Below, in pieces: positions 61,334-64,000 of a stretch of DNA of 64,000 bases. Both the position numbers and the translations under genes were made by a program. Under the pieces are notes generated by a model, which saw only the letters and a list, made by a program, of their open reading frames with translations, was not told the DNA's origin and ran no database searches. This DNA is from Laetmonice hystrix (lineage: Eukaryota): NCBI GenBank assembly GCA_965235115.1, contig OZ249437.1, positions 47,678,001 to 47,742,000 of the forward strand, given 5' to 3'. Positions within the stretch are counted from its first letter, which is position 1. Each line of letters begins with the position of its first letter.

Positions 61334-64000
61334 CTTCCCCAGCCATTGCTGCCGTGAAGGCTGTTGCCTAGTCCTCCTAGGCCTGCACCCATGTACACAT
61401 TATTTCACGGCAGTGATGAAACCATTTACTGACTGATGGAAATACTTTCCAAATGTTACTTGTCGATTTTTCGCATTACAGGAAACTTTCTCGTCATGCA
61501 GGACGGGCCGATCAAAGGTTTACATTCGGTCTGTAGTGCATATTTTACAGGCCCTTGAGGGTAGCATTTTTTGGGGCGATCATGCAGAATAATTCCACTC
61601 GAACAATCCACCCGCCTACGTTGCTCGATTTTCAAAGATATATACATCGTGAAACAATTTGTCAATGCTGTTGATTGTGTTGACGCCTCCACCGGCCGAG
61701 TAGTGTTAAATATAATCACTGTCCCGTGCTGCGTTAGGTCTGGCACACTCGGGGGGGGGGGGGGGGTCAGGGATACTGGATAATCCCTGAGGTAGGGGGT
61801 GGGAGCGGGCGGCCTGCCTCCACCTCACATAAAACACACACACGGCTACCATTGCTGACTAGCTGGCTTTGATCTTCTGCCTGACTGCCTCCCGTCCAAA
61901 CTGCTAGAACAGATCTCTCGCCGCGACCGCCAACACTATTGTTTCTCGCTCAAATGCTCGCTCAGTTTTCCTTCCCCTTGGATCTCCTCTTCATACTGGT
62001 AATCATATCTGATATAGGAGCCATCAAACGTCAAGGGGACGGAAAACTAAAGACAGGTTGAAGCCCGAAAAACACATTTGTCTTCAGATAACCATGGTCG
62101 ACTGTTCACTAATGGAGGCCCATGGCAAGGCTGGTCAAATATTATGTCTGACTGCGGTAGCAAACAGAATTTTACCCCTTCCAATTCACCCCGACTTTAC
62201 GAATTGTCCTGTTCTATGCATTCAACTTGGAAACAAAGTTGGTCTTAAAATTCAAGCCAATCTACAAGACACGTACCTGTACCTTGACACGTAACTGTAC
62301 CTTGTGTACTAAACAGCTTTAACTCTTATCTCCCTTCAGTAGTGTATTAATTTGATAAGGCCTCAACAATTGCCATTGCCATCTTGAAATAGCTAGTTTG
62401 AGTCCTCAAGATAATTACCGCGCCATTAATATATAACGTAGTAGCCTTTACTTTTTCTTCTAATGAACAGGATGATGTTAAAGGCACACTGCGTGGAGCA
62501 AGGATTAGCTTTTCCCCTCTCCGCCAGTGTAAACTTGTAAAGTGACCCGAATTATAAATTCGTACCGGTGACATGGGGCTGACAGATGTCTTTTCACATA
62601 TGCAGTAAAAGAAGATTGGTTCGGTGCTCACCGTTTCATTCTAACTTGGCGCCATATTCTGATCATTCTAACTTGGCGCCATATTCTGATCAGCCGGCCA
62701 TGTGGCCGGCTGATCCCCGCAACTATGTTGTATTACGTCTGCTATACTTGACTAAGTTTGAAATGACTATTTAATTAGTACTGGTGAAATGGTATTTTCT
62801 TTGGAGTCGATACATTATTAACAATGTCTACGAGAAAACGCAGCAATTTCAAATCATCTTTAAAATAATCCACTAATATCACGAGTACAAAATGATAGAG
62901 ATTGATAAAACTTCCTATCCTATATCATTATTGTAAGCTGAAGTTTGACATCCAACACGCGGCTCGTGTAGATATGGCCATATCGTTTTCACTAATGGTT
63001 CCTTCCCACTGAGTATAATCGAATGTTTTCTCACAGACAGGTAATCAGTTATCCGAGCCGTCTGCGGGAACCATATCAATCATCCTTGGCGTTGAAAATA
63101 TTTTTTAAAAGTTATCCACAATACCATGTAAAGCGGTGTATAGAGTCACACTAACAGACGTGTAGTTTACAGAAAGTTTACGGACAGGTTTACGTACGGG
63201 CGTTTGGGTGGATATCAGAGTTCAATCCCAGGCTTCTTTTAAAGCGAAGGTAAAAATATTGAACAAGTTCTAAAATAGACATTCTAAAAATATACGTGTG
63301 ACGCCTAGAGTGCATATCTAGTCAAGGACACCACCTTTATGTGTTGATACTGAAAACTGCAGACAAAATCACCTCCTATTGAAAAAAGAGAATGTCGCGC
63401 TGGGAAGATGATCGGAGCATGAGAAGAAACACACAAACACGTTCGCTAATATTACGAATTCAAACCTTTCAACAGGATTTTATCTGCAGCACGTTTGCTA
63501 GCAGTCAGGTGGTCATTATTATTCTGCTACGTATTTCAGCTCCGCTTTAATCGAGAGCTAACAGACGAAGTCATGGATGTACTGGAGTGAGAAATGATGA
63601 TTCTATGTGTGTACTAGAGACCAAAACGACATTATTCTGAATCTACAGTATAATGATCGGCACCTGTATAAATACAGTGGAGGTCATTACATGTGTCAAC
63701 CAATGTGACGATTGTGTCAACCCTGCTAGGATCGTTTGGAATTCATACTCGTACTTAGATATAATGTAACACATCATCATGAACAGATGTTGCTTTATCT
63801 GTAATCAGCAGTTTGTACTTGTTGTTTTGAATACTACTGGGATGTCTCATTTAATGCACAACACGTTTCATGCTGATTAGCTTCAAACATAGCTTGTCAT
63901 CTGATAGATGAGAATAACAGTACTCGCCCCACATTAGTAATATTCACCTCGTTGTCAATCAAACCAATATATGCACAATGTAATTACAATGTTATATTGG

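Overview
Eukaryotic (animal, probably marine invertebrate) genomic DNA that is rich in repeats and poor in genes. The left end holds the last three coding exons of ERCC8/CSA (+ strand). Converging on it is an unidentified minus-strand gene: a terminal exon at 6454-6662 and a likely internal exon at 22385-22520. Its stop-codon region has been amplified into a ~100-bp minisatellite. The middle ~50 kb carries about a dozen minisatellites (units of 12, 25, 28, 36, 43, 45, 48, 66, 70, 80 and ~100 bp, several with higher-order structure), a TTAGGG-containing G-rich array, and many non-autonomous DNA-transposon elements with recognisable TIRs and TSDs (CACTA-like, TTAA/Kolobok-like, Harbinger-like, CAGGG-ended). 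The main feature is an apparently intact 5.3-kb Ginger-type DNA transposon at 56001-61333. It has ~396-bp near-identical TIRs and an 8-exon, 644-aa ORF: HHCC zinc finger, DDE integrase core, an inserted module resembling the En/Spm TNP1-type domain, an SH3/GPY-F-like segment and a C-terminal CXC domain. All family assignments come from reading motifs by eye; no database search was run.
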